DNA of 64,000 bases, from positions 2,682,722 through 2,746,721 of the forward strand of contig OZ252105.1 of NCBI GenBank assembly GCA_965248455.1, written 5' to 3'. A model generated the notes under the pieces. That model ran no database searches, was not told the DNA's origin, and saw nothing but the letters and a program-made list of their open reading frames with translations. A program made the position numbers and the translations under genes. Below, piece by piece: positions 24,791 through 33,837 of this stretch. The stretch's first letter is position 1; each line of letters begins with the position of its first letter. The DNA is from Dehalococcoidia bacterium (lineage in GTDB: Bacteria; Chloroflexota; Dehalococcoidia; Lucifugimonadales; Australimonadaceae).

Positions 24791-26074
24791 CTAGCGAATG
24801 GCGATGCGCCTGGGCGGAGGAGGTTTGCGCGCCAGGAAGAAGGTGATGGAGCCGACTGTTGCCGTTGCCCCCAGCGTCGCAAAGGCGAACGTATAGCTGT
24901 TCGTAAGGTCATACATGATGCCGGCGTAAACCGGACCGATGATGCTCCCTGCGGCAGTGATCATGTTCGACCACCCTGCGATCTGGCCGAGGTTCCTGCG
25001 TCCGAAATAATCGGCGCGTATCGCCATCATCATAGGGCCGCGCATCCCCCACGCCACTCCATGCAGGCCAATGGCGATAATGACAACGGGCGTGCTGGTC
25101 GAGAAAGCCAGGATAAAGATCCCCGCGCCGTGGCCAAGCATGGCGGCGCCGGCCACCATTCGCTTGGAGTGAAGGTCGCCCAGAATGCCTCCGGTGATCT
25201 GCCCGGTGATCTGCGCCACCATCAGGCCGGGAAAGATGAGTGACGCCTGGGTGACGCTCCAACCGTTGCTCTCCACCAGGTGCGGAACCAGGTGCAAGGG
25301 GACCGTGCCCACGACGAGCAGCGCCAGGCCGTGCCCCACGGAGACCAGCCAGAACGAGCGGTCGCGGGCTGCTTCCCGGGCGGTGAAATCGTAATCGTCC
25401 CCGACCGCATGCCGGGCGGCGGCTCTGCGTGCTGCCTCCTCGGCGCTGTCGCCGTCCGGATACAACCCCATGTCCTCCGGACGCGACCGGAAGAGTTGCG
25501 CGGCAGGAAGCCCGACGCATATTGCCGCCACGCCGGAGATCACGGCCGTGTCGCGCCAGCCAAAGGTCGTGATGGACCACGCCACCGCCGGAGCCAGGAG
25601 CGCGCCGGAAGCAAAGCCGATGGACGTTAGCGACATGGCCCTTGCTCGCTTGCGGATGAACCAGTGCGCTATCGTTGTGTTGACCGTGAGGAACCCTGCC
25701 ATGCTGGTGCCCATTGCGATGATGCTGAGCGCGACGAACAGGTGCCAGAGCTCGTTGATCTGCCCCATCAGGATGAGCCCGCCTCCGAAAAGGAGCGTGC
25801 CGATTCTCATGACCGGCCGCGGGCCAAAACGGTCAATCATAATGCCCTGCACCGGGCCCAGAAATCCCGTCTCGATGCGCAGCATTCCGAAGGCCCATGC
25901 GATGGCGCCCCGGCTCCACGCGAACGCGGCTTCGAACTCGACTACATAGAGTCCCTGCGAAAGGAAGAGCAACGACGAGTGCATGCTCTGGCTGAAGAAC
26001 GCGCCAATCACCATTCGCCAGCCGTAGAAGAGGCGATGTCGGGACGCGAGGAGCGACTGCACCGACGAGATCAT
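24791..26074 (-). CDS. MFS transporter
   Basis: 427 aa, about 12 hydrophobic segments, D-R-x-G-P-R motif (MIDRFGPRPVM). Confidence 0.85.
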   Translation of the reverse strand: MISSVQSLLASRHRLFYGWRMVIGAFFSQSMHSSLLFLSQGLYVVEFEAAFAWSRGAIAWAFGMLRIETGFLGPVQGIMIDRFGPRPVMRIGTLLFGGGLILMGQINELWHLFVALSIIAMGTSMAGFLTVNTTIAHWFIRKRARAMSLTSIGFASGALLAPAVAWSITTFGWRDTAVISGVAAICVGLPAAQLFRSRPEDMGLYPDGDSAEEAARRAAARHAVGDDYDFTAREAARDRSFWLVSVGHGLALLVVGTVPLHLVPHLVESNGWSVTQASLIFPGLMVAQITGQITGGILGDLHSKRMVAGAAMLGHGAGIFILAFSTSTPVVIIAIGLHGVAWGMRGPMMMAIRADYFGRRNLGQIAGWSNMITAAGSIIGPVYAGIMYDLTNSYTFAFATLGATATVGSITFFLARKPPPPRRIAIR

Positions 26075-26092
26075 TGCTGCTAGCCCGCAGGC

Positions 26093-26629
26093 TCAGTCAT
26101 ACCACTGTCCGGTGATGGTGCGAACCTCCGGGTAGCCCGGGTCATCGATCGTTGTCTCGAAGGGAGGGAAGAGCAGGTCGATGAGCAGCGCCGGCCCGCC
26201 CGCCGGTCCCTTCGCGTTCCGAGCCTGATGCTGGAGCGCATCTATCTGTTCCTGCAGCGTTGCGGCGATGTTCAGCAGCGACTCGACCTCGGCGGCGCCG
26301 GACTTCAGGTTGGAGCGCAGCAGTGCGAGACCCTCCGCCACCTCTTTCGACTTGTCGGCGCGCGTCTCGGCGATGCCGCCGTGCCATTCGCCGGGCGGGT
26401 GCCACGTGATGAATGGCGTCATATCGCCGCCCCAACGGAAGGAGAGCTCTCCGGTTCCGTGGCTGTGGCGCACGCCCGGCTCACCGGGAATCTGAAGCAG
26501 TGCGGTCACGAGCACCTGGTCGGTCTCCAGCACGGTGATCACGCGCCGCCGAGGCCGCCCGGTTATCTCGATGCCGCGCCACCCTTTCTGGTCATCTGGC
26601 AACTCAAACGGATTGATTTCGATCCCCAT
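26093..26629 (-). CDS. hypothetical protein (possible cupin-like N-terminal part, helical C-terminal part)
   Basis: 178 aa in coding-like context directly downstream of the epimerase gene. GVRHSHGTGELSF...WHPPGEWHGG. No confident family. Confidence 0.55.
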   Translation of the reverse strand: MGIEINPFELPDDQKGWRGIEITGRPRRRVITVLETDQVLVTALLQIPGEPGVRHSHGTGELSFRWGGDMTPFITWHPPGEWHGGIAETRADKSKEVAEGLALLRSNLKSGAAEVESLLNIAATLQEQIDALQHQARNAKGPAGGPALLIDLLFPPFETTIDDPGYPEVRTITGQWYD

Positions 26630-26679
26630 CGCTTCTCCTTTCTCCGGTGACGCTTCTCAGTAACCCTGTTGGCGCAGCG

Positions 26680-27630
26680 CTACTGAGCGTTGCTCCTCAG
26701 ATGCTCGATGTAGGCCGCTATGCCGGAGTCGATGTCGTGCTCCGGCACGTAGTCGGTGTCCTCGGCGATGCGGCTGAGGTCCATGACGGGGTTGCGTGGG
26801 TTGCCGGGACTTCGTCCCGGTTTCAGGGCGGAGCAGGCCGCGTCCGGCAGCGCCTTCTGCACAGCCTCCATGACGCGCTTGGTCGACGTGGCCGCTCCCG
26901 ATCCGATGTTGTACGTGTTGTGCTGAAGGCTGCCTGCGGCATGCACCATCTGGATGCCCCGCGCCAGATCGCCGACGTACGTCCAATCGCCCTCATCGTC
27001 CTCGTTGATGGTTCCCCCCGGCCTGTCGGAGAAGTCGGGCTCCTTGCCCTGGAGCGCGGCGTGGCACATACGGCTCATGGGGTTGAACATGCTGTAGTAG
27101 TAGGGGCCGTAGATGCTGGCGATGCGGAGCGCCACTACGTCCACGCCTGCGCGTCCGGCGTAATGGAACGCGTGAATCTCCATCGCTTTCTTGAACGCCT
27201 CGACCTGCGTGCCCGAGCGTATGGGCAGCGGTGCGTCCTCGCGGAACGGGCCCTCGGGGAGGCTTCCGTAGACCGACGTAGAGCTGGCAAGCGAGACTCG
27301 TCGCAGGCCCAGCACCCGCGCAGTCTCCAGGATGTTCTGCAGGCTGGTGGTGTAGAGGCGGTAGTCCTCCTGAGGACTGATGCCGCGCGCCGGGGGAGCG
27401 GCGAACGAGATGATGCTGTCCACCTTGCGGCGGTGCGCCACGTCCATGACCTCATACCCGTTCGTTGCGTCCAGGCGCTCGACGAACACGCGCTTGTCGA
27501 GTTCCGGGGCGAGCGCCTCCGGTACGCGGTGCGCGCTGTGCTGCGTCAGCACGACGCTCTCGCCGGTCTCCAATAGCCGGAGCGTCGTGTTCAGTCCGAT
27601 GAACCCCATCCCACCGATAACCAGAATCAT
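26680..27630 (-). CDS. NAD-dependent epimerase/dehydratase (extended SDR)
   Basis: MILVIGGMGFIGLN (GxxGxxG), 316 aa. Confidence 0.85.
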   Translation of the reverse strand: MILVIGGMGFIGLNTTLRLLETGESVVLTQHSAHRVPEALAPELDKRVFVERLDATNGYEVMDVAHRRKVDSIISFAAPPARGISPQEDYRLYTTSLQNILETARVLGLRRVSLASSTSVYGSLPEGPFREDAPLPIRSGTQVEAFKKAMEIHAFHYAGRAGVDVVALRIASIYGPYYYSMFNPMSRMCHAALQGKEPDFSDRPGGTINEDDEGDWTYVGDLARGIQMVHAAGSLQHNTYNIGSGAATSTKRVMEAVQKALPDAACSALKPGRSPGNPRNPVMDLSRIAEDTDYVPEHDIDSGIAAYIEHLRSNAQ

Positions 27631-27721
27631 GTTCTCTTCTCCTCATCGTTGGCGTCTGCTGTCCGGAGCCTCTCACAGGAGCATCTGTTTTATCACGAAG
27701 ACGGGGGCAGTGTGGTGGAAA

Positions 27722-29005
27722 ATGGCGAACATGCCGCGTAGTATCCCGGTGATGCCCGGCGAATCGGACTCTTCTGTAGAGGCAACAGGTGTACGCCGCC
27801 GTTGGTTGCGGACGTTCGATTCGCTTGCGCTGCCCCCGTACCGCCGCTACTTCATCGCGATGCTCTTCTACTTCGGCGCGATGCAGGCGACGGTTCTGGT
27901 GAGGCCCATCCTCGCGTTCGAGCTGGCTGACCGCGCGCCCATCGTTCTGGGCATCGCCATCGCGGCGAACAATGCGCCGTCGCTTCTGCTCTCGCCGTTC
28001 GCGGGGGCGCTTGCCGACAAGGTCTCCATGCGCAACATCCTCATGGTGGCTGCTGTGCTCATGGCCCTGTTCGCGGGCATTACGGCGGTGGGTGTGGCGC
28101 TCGACGTGGTGGACTGGTGGCACGTCACGATCATCGGCGTGTTTCAGGGCTCCGTAATGGTCTTCATCACACCGACGAGGCGCGCGATCATCGGCGGGCT
28201 GGTGGACGAGGCGCATCTGCTGAACGCAACGGGCCTCCACACGATGTCCCAGAATGCGAACCGCGTGTTCCTGCCGTTGCTGGCCGGGTTCCTGTTCGCG
28301 CGCTATGGCGCGGAGTGGGCGTACGTGCTCATCGTGGGGATGTACCTCGTGGCGATAGTGTTGATGTTCGCGGTACCCGTTCGCGGCGCGGGTGCGTCCC
28401 GCTCCCGACGGCGCAGCGGGTCGCCATTGGAAGGCTTCCGCTATGTGAAGCAGGAGCCCGCCATCCGCAACCTGCTGCTGGTGGGGCTGGTCATCACGGT
28501 GTTCGGTCAACCGTTCCAGCATCTGTTGCCGCTGGCGCAGGAGTTCCTCATGATCGAGGCGGACGGCATCGGCCTGCTGTTCACGTTCTTCGGCGTGGGG
28601 TCGTTGCTTGGGTCTACGACGGCGGCTTCGCTGGGGGACTTTAAGCGCAAGGGGCTGCTGCTCGTGGGGTTCTTCACGCTGTTCGGCGCGGGCGTCGTTG
28701 GGTTCGCGGCGTCGAGCTGGTACGTGCTGTCGTTGCTGCTGATGCTGCCGGTGGGCATCGGACACTCCGGGCGGACGGTGGTGCACCTGGCGACGCTCCA
28801 GGCGTACTCTGACGCGGAGATGCGCGGGCGGGTGCAGGCGCTGAACGCGATGATGGGCGGGCTGATACCCGTTGCGGTGCTCGGCATCACGGGGCTGGCG
28901 GAGCTGTTCGGGGGGCGCGTCGCACTGGCATCGGCGGGGAGCGTCATCGTGGCGTATGGGATATGGGAGACGCTGTTCTCCAAGACGCTCCGCAACCTGC
29001 GGTAG
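27722..29005 (+). CDS. MFS transporter
   Basis: ORF 27380..29005, whose 5' part overlaps the divergent epimerase gene. Start taken at MANMPRS (ATG 27722). GALADKVSMRN motif, multiple TM segments. Confidence 0.8.
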   Translation: MANMPRSIPVMPGESDSSVEATGVRRRWLRTFDSLALPPYRRYFIAMLFYFGAMQATVLVRPILAFELADRAPIVLGIAIAANNAPSLLLSPFAGALADKVSMRNILMVAAVLMALFAGITAVGVALDVVDWWHVTIIGVFQGSVMVFITPTRRAIIGGLVDEAHLLNATGLHTMSQNANRVFLPLLAGFLFARYGAEWAYVLIVGMYLVAIVLMFAVPVRGAGASRSRRRSGSPLEGFRYVKQEPAIRNLLLVGLVITVFGQPFQHLLPLAQEFLMIEADGIGLLFTFFGVGSLLGSTTAASLGDFKRKGLLLVGFFTLFGAGVVGFAASSWYVLSLLLMLPVGIGHSGRTVVHLATLQAYSDAEMRGRVQALNAMMGGLIPVAVLGITGLAELFGGRVALASAGSVIVAYGIWETLFSKTLRNLR

Positions 29006-29048
29006 AGAGCGGGCGTAATCGTGCGGCGCGGCGCTCGCTTAGCGTGCG

Positions 29049-30461
29049 TCAGAGCATGCTGGTTTCCTCGAGGGGCAGTTCGAATATGAACCGGCTGCCT
29101 GCGCCTGGCGTGCTTTCGGCCCACAGACGTCCGCCGTGCGCCTCGACCAGTTGTTTTGCAATAGACAGACCGAGGCCAACGCCTCCCGTTGCTCTGGCGC
29201 GGGACGGGTCGGCGCGGTAGAAACGGTCGAACAGACGTGGGAGAAACTCCGGGGAAATTCCCGGGCCTGAATCGGCGACGGTTATCCGCGCCATTCCGGA
29301 GGCACGGGCAGCCGACAGCATCACGCTGCCGCCTGACGGCGTGTGCCGGATGGCGTTCTCCACGAGGTTGTGAATGACCTGGTCGACCCGGTTCCGGTCG
29401 ACGAGGAGCGTCAACGGTGAAGCGGAGGGGTGCGCCTCGATGGTGACGCCTGCGCTCTTCGCTCGGGGGCGGAACGCCGCTTCGGCCGCAACCAGGATAT
29501 CGTTGGTGTCGTGAGGCTGGGGATAGAGAGGAAGCGCGCCTGCTTCCGCCAATGTGAGGAGCCGCAGGTCTTCCACCACGCCTGTAAGGTGGGCGATCTG
29601 CCGGTGGAGCGTTTCGATGGTGGTCTCGTCGGCCCGTAGAATGCCGTCGCCGATGGCCTCGACGTAGCCCTGAACGTTGGCGAGTGGAGTGCGGAGTTCG
29701 TGGGCGATGTCGGCCATCAGATTACGGCGCTGCAGCTCCGCGCGCTGGAGTTCCTCCGCCATGGCGTTGAACGTTTCGCCGAGTTGTCCCACGTCGTCTC
29801 GAGTCGCGGGCGCAACGCGTTGTGAGAGGTCGCCCTTTCCAAACTGCACGGCGGCTGCGGACAGATTCCGGATGGGCGATAGAACCCGGCGCGAGATGAA
29901 GGCTATCAGCAGGACACCGGCGCCCCCCACGGCCAGACCTGTCCAGATGAGCGACCGGTTGACTCTTGTGATGAGGTCTGATTCCGACGGCTCTTCGTGG
30001 GATTCACCGGAGAGGGGACCGTCCAGGATGAATCGTATGCTGCCCACCTTCTCTCCGTCGCTGAGGACGGGCATGCTTACGGTGGAGGAAGGCTCGTGTT
30101 CTTCTCCTGACTCAGACGCCTTCTGCTCGTGCTCTTCTCCTGCCCGAAGCGCTTCCTGGCCATGGGAATCGCCGAGGACGCGTCCATGATTGTCCGAGAG
30201 GACGATTTGCCACCCGTAGAGGAAGCTCACCTGTTCGAGCACTGGCTCGACGCCTTCCCAGCTGCCGTGGGCGTCGAAATAGGCTGCGAACGTGGCTTGG
30301 ACGCGCGCGGCGCGGACGTCTTCCCGCTCATGCTGCTGCTGCTCGGCTTCCGCTTCGAAGGCTGTGCTCACGAACCAGCTCACTGCGCCTAGGGTGAGAG
30401 CAAGAACCAACACGAAACTCGCTATGAGGCGGAACTGGAGGCTGAACGGCCAGTTACGCAT
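29049..30461 (-). CDS. sensor histidine kinase (TM-periplasmic-TM, HAMP, HisKA, HATPase)
   Basis: H-box IAHELRTPLANV, N/G boxes NLVENAIRHTP, DSGPGI, GGVGLGLSIA. Confidence 0.9.
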   Translation of the reverse strand: MRNWPFSLQFRLIASFVLVLALTLGAVSWFVSTAFEAEAEQQQHEREDVRAARVQATFAAYFDAHGSWEGVEPVLEQVSFLYGWQIVLSDNHGRVLGDSHGQEALRAGEEHEQKASESGEEHEPSSTVSMPVLSDGEKVGSIRFILDGPLSGESHEEPSESDLITRVNRSLIWTGLAVGGAGVLLIAFISRRVLSPIRNLSAAAVQFGKGDLSQRVAPATRDDVGQLGETFNAMAEELQRAELQRRNLMADIAHELRTPLANVQGYVEAIGDGILRADETTIETLHRQIAHLTGVVEDLRLLTLAEAGALPLYPQPHDTNDILVAAEAAFRPRAKSAGVTIEAHPSASPLTLLVDRNRVDQVIHNLVENAIRHTPSGGSVMLSAARASGMARITVADSGPGISPEFLPRLFDRFYRADPSRARATGGVGLGLSIAKQLVEAHGGRLWAESTPGAGSRFIFELPLEETSML

Positions 30462-31143
30462 CGCCGAACCGGTATCCGCTGCCGTAGGCGGTGTGAATGT
30501 AGCGGAGGTTCCCTGAGGCTGTGTTCAGTTTGCGGCGGAGGTTGTGGACGTGCGAGTCAACTGCCCTGTCGAAGCCTTCGAAATCGTAACCGTAGACTCT
30601 GCTTATGATCTCCTCGCGGGAGAAGACTCTACCGGGTTCCCGCAAGAACGTTACGAGGAGGCGGAACTCCGTCCGCGTGAGGCTCAGCAGTGCGCCGTCG
30701 ATGGATGTCTGTTGGCTCTTGATGTCAACGTTGATCCCCTCGTATGAGATGAAGGAAGGGCCTCTGTCCATGGCGTCCCGCGCCGCGCGGCGGAGTACGG
30801 CGCGCACCCGCGCCGCAAGCTCTCTTGGGGTGAATGGTTTGGTTACGTAGTCGTCTGCGCCCATGTCGAGGCCGCCCAGCCGATCTTCCTCCTCAACGCG
30901 GGCGGTGAGCATGATGATGGGCGTTTGGGAGTTCTGCCGGACGCGCCTGCACACTTCGAGACCGTCCATCCGCGGGAGCATCAGGTCGAGGACGATCAGG
31001 TCGGGCGCGTCCTCCTGGGCAAGCCGGAGCCCTTGGACGCCGTCGGAAGCAGTCAGCACCTGGTGGCCGTCGCGCACGAGGTAGAGGCGGATGAGTTCGG
31101 TGGTGTCAGGGTCGTCTTCTATGATGAGGATTCTGCTTGGCAT
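30454..31143 (-). CDS. OmpR/PhoB-family response regulator
   Basis: ILIIEDD...DLIVLDLMLP receiver domain plus winged-helix C-terminus (RTEFRLLVTFL...YIHTAYGSGYRF). 8-nt overlap with the kinase gene. Confidence 0.9.
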   Translation of the reverse strand: MPSRILIIEDDPDTTELIRLYLVRDGHQVLTASDGVQGLRLAQEDAPDLIVLDLMLPRMDGLEVCRRVRQNSQTPIIMLTARVEEEDRLGGLDMGADDYVTKPFTPRELAARVRAVLRRAARDAMDRGPSFISYEGINVDIKSQQTSIDGALLSLTRTEFRLLVTFLREPGRVFSREEIISRVYGYDFEGFDRAVDSHVHNLRRKLNTASGNLRYIHTAYGSGYRFGDA

Positions 31144-31221
31144 GGGAGTCCGGCCCTTCCGATCGCGTTTCTTCCTTACGTCAAGTCTAGCGGTAAGAGT
31201 TCTATGGACGGGCTGGAAGCC

Positions 31222-31968
31222 TCAGGCGCCGTCGTCGTGCCCGCCCCGGTCGTCACCGTCGCGTTCCGCGGAGTTCTCGCGTTCGTTGCTGTCGTGCTCG
31301 CCTGAATCTTCCGAGCCGCTGTCACCGCCGCCGACTTCCGCGTGGGCGCTCCAGGTGTCAAATGGTTGCGCGGAAGCGGGGAGAGTTACGTCCATGACCC
31401 CGCCGGGCGGGAGGTCAGCCGGAGTGGTAGGGCCAAGTTCGATGCCATTGGAGAGGTGAATCTCGATGCGTACGCGGTTGAGGGTGGCATCGGTGATGTT
31501 CCGTACAGTTCCTGAGAAGACGTTGGCGGCAGGATCGTAAGCGATAATGAGCCGAGAGCCAGCCCGCAGATGGTCGTAGGTCTGTTGTTTGGTCAACTGG
31601 GTCCCCGATTCCTCCCCATCGTCCTCACTCGATTCGCCTGAGCCCGTGCGCTCGTTGGCACCGTGTTCCCCAGAACCTTCCGAGCCGGCGTGCTCACCCT
31701 CGCCGCCACTGGGATCTTCCCTGGAGCCCTCGCGTTCGTTTTCGCTGGCGTCTTCCTTGGTATCTTCGCGCTCGTTGCTGTCGTGCTCACCCGAACCTTC
31801 CGAGCCTTCGGCCTCGCGACCTGCAACTTCATTGCGTTGTGATTCCTCGGCGTGCGTCGTGGCCGGGTTCTCGGAGTCATCGAGGCTGCGGACCAGGCCG
31901 ACGCCCCCGAGAACGACCAACACAACGAGTCCCACGGCTATAGCAGCTATTGTCCATCTCTTCTGCAT
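31222..31968 (-). CDS. membrane-anchored acidic, His-containing repeat protein (hypothetical)
   Basis: ORF 31222..32004; start at MQKRW. One N-terminal TM segment. SEGSGEH(D/G)(S/A)NER-type repeats flank a ~110-aa globular core (YDHLRAGSRLIIAYDP...). Confidence 0.7.
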   Translation of the reverse strand: MQKRWTIAAIAVGLVVLVVLGGVGLVRSLDDSENPATTHAEESQRNEVAGREAEGSEGSGEHDSNEREDTKEDASENEREGSREDPSGGEGEHAGSEGSGEHGANERTGSGESSEDDGEESGTQLTKQQTYDHLRAGSRLIIAYDPAANVFSGTVRNITDATLNRVRIEIHLSNGIELGPTTPADLPPGGVMDVTLPASAQPFDTWSAHAEVGGGDSGSEDSGEHDSNERENSAERDGDDRGGHDDGA

Positions 31969-32125
31969 GAATCCCTCCCTACTGCGTGTTATCAGACATC
32001 CCAAGAGTAGAGAGGGAATATGGAGGGATTGTGGAGAAAGCGGCTGGCCGCATCAGCCGCTTCGCCGCACTTCCGAGTTGCACTCGCCGGAGTTACGCAA
32101 ATGTCCCCGGGGGTGTGGATGGTTG

Positions 32126-32533
32126 CTATCTCGAACGCGGGAGACGCCAGGCGCGCGCCATGTGCTCCCAGCCGAGGTGTTCGTAGAAGGTATGCCCTTC
32201 CTGGCTCGATGAGAGGATGATGGCGCACCGGTCGCTGACGGCCTCGCGGAAACGGCGGAGCAGTTCGCGCCCGACGCCCTGCTGCTTGTGCGTCTTCGCC
32301 ACGGCAAGCTCCGTGACGATCGCGTAGCAGGCGTAGTCAGTGAGCCCTCGGACGACGCCGACGAGCGCGCCTTCATCCCGCACGGTGATCAGCACGCTTG
32401 CGTTTCGGAGCATCGCTTCCACGCGGGTGGGGTCGTCCATCGGCCTGTTGAAGCCGCCTTCGCGTAGAAGGGCAACGACCTCAGCGGGGTCGGGGGTGTC
32501 GCTCGTCGAGTACGTGATTGGCATATCGTTCAC
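32126..32533 (-). CDS. GNAT family N-acetyltransferase
   Basis: 135 aa; VAKTHKQQGVGRELL (Q/RxxGxG/A). Confidence 0.8.
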   Translation of the reverse strand: MNDMPITYSTSDTPDPAEVVALLREGGFNRPMDDPTRVEAMLRNASVLITVRDEGALVGVVRGLTDYACYAIVTELAVAKTHKQQGVGRELLRRFREAVSDRCAIILSSSQEGHTFYEHLGWEHMARAWRLPRSR

Positions 32534-32544
32534 TTTCGCCGTTG

Positions 32545-32890
32545 CGCTTGGGGCTTCACCCTCATCCTCGCCTGGATTCCAGCCTTCGCTGGAATGACGG
32601 GGACAGGGGGCAGGGATGCGAGGTTCCCGCCTTCGCGGGGGAGCGACGGGGGCCTGCGCCTGCGCGGGAACGACGGACGCGGTTGGTACGACCCTCAGGA
32701 GTGCGTAGGAGTGGTAAAACTTTTATTTCCCGCTCATTTCCGCTCATTTCCTATCATTCCTCTCGTAGATGTTGGCGATGGGGGCTGCACCCTCATCCTC
32801 GCCTGGATTCCAGCCTTCGCTGGAATGACGGGGACAAGGGGGGCAGGGATGCGAGGTTCCCGCCTACGCAGGGGAGCGACGGGGGGGGGT
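32545..32890. repeat. 231-bp tandem repeat, about 1.5 copies, built from three palindromic sub-units
   Basis: CTCATCCTCGCCTGGATTCCAGCCTTCGCTGGAATGACGGGGACA at 32561 and 32792; GGGATGCGAGGTTCCCGCCTWCGC... at about 32613 and 32845; AT-rich AAAACTTTTATTTCCCGCTCATTTCC at about 32716. Confidence 0.85.
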
Positions 32891-33115
32891 TGATTCCTGG
32901 ACCCATTTGGCCCTGGTTGGCCTCGTTTACTCCTACGGTCGAGGCTGGAAATGAGGCCACCCTGGCCTCGTTTGGCACTCCGCTCACTCGTACGCGGTGG
33001 GCCGGCGTGGCCTTGTTTCGATTGTAGTGGCCTTGTTACGAGTGGCCAGGAGCGGCAAACTTTTAATTCTGTTCCGTTTTGTTCCATTTCGTTCCATTTC
33101 CTGTCGTCTACGCGG
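32881..33115 (-). repeat. element X, inverted copy
   Basis: The reverse complement aligns with 22210-22450 (GAAATGGAAC repeats, GAATTAAAAGTTTGCCGCTCCTGGCCACT, CGAGTGAGCGGAG, AACGAGGCCA, GGAGTAAACGAGGCCAA). Confidence 0.8.
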
Positions 33116-33120
33116 GCCGG

Positions 33121-33191
33121 GGTTTCACCCTCATCCTAGCCTTCTCCCCTCAAGGGAGAAGGGACCTGACCGCCTTCGCGGGAACGACGGG
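33121..33191. repeat. inverted copy of the CCTTCTCCCC/GGGAGAAGG palindromic unit with a CCTTCGCGGGAACGACGG flank
   Basis: TCACCCTCATCCTAGCCTTCTCCCCTCAAGGGAGAAGGGACCTGACCGCCTTCGCGGGAACGACGG. Confidence 0.8.
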
Positions 33192-33489
33192 GGCTGAGGC
33201 AGGAACCAGGGTCGGTGGCGCCACCGCCGGGACTGAGTCGTTGGGACGGGGACAGGCTCCGGTGGTGTACCTTGGCTACGCCCGGGATCGGACCGGGTAG
33301 GAGTAGGCCTCGCCACGCTTGTAGGAACCTTGGTGACGTGTGCAAGTGGGTTACACACGTCGGGGGGACGGAACCGGATCCTTTGCTGCAGCATTGGAAT
33401 CATCGTACTCGTTCTCAGGCATATCTGCAACTGTCAGTTGTCGCGTTGATGTCTTTTGCCGTACGGAGCGTCCGGGGGCGTGGGGTGGT

Positions 33490-33545
33490 TGGGGATGGGA
33501 CAGGGATGCGAGGTTCCCGCCTTCGCGGGAACGACGGGGCGCTTT
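33490..33545. repeat. GGGATGCGAGGTTCCCGCCTTCGCGGGAACGACGG palindromic unit
   Basis: Same unit as at about 32613, 32845 and 35565. Confidence 0.8.
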
Positions 33546-33691
33546 CGCATAGACGACGTATGCGAACAATGTAGCAATCGGCAGGGCTATGGCGCAATGG
33601 GCAGTTGTCGTTGAGTTGGGGGGCAGAGGTATCACGGTAATCGAGGCTGGCCGTCCCGTCGGATAGTGCGGATAATACTGCCGGAGAGGGC

Positions 33692-33720
33692 TTGACTTTT
33701 TGGCTGGGAGCGTGTATGCT
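33692..33720 (+). promoter_or_regulatory. strong sigma-70-like promoter for the island gene
   Basis: TTGACT (33692-97), 17-nt spacer, TATGCT (33715-20). AAGGAG lies 7 nt before ATG 33838. Confidence 0.55.
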
Positions 33721-33837
33721 TTTACCAGTCGATTTGCCCGAGAGTGGCATCGAGGTCTGTTTCGGTCCAGCGTGGCCCAATAGGCTGGGGCTTTGGCCTC
33801 CCCGGATGCAAGATGCGCACCGGATAAGGAGCAGTAG

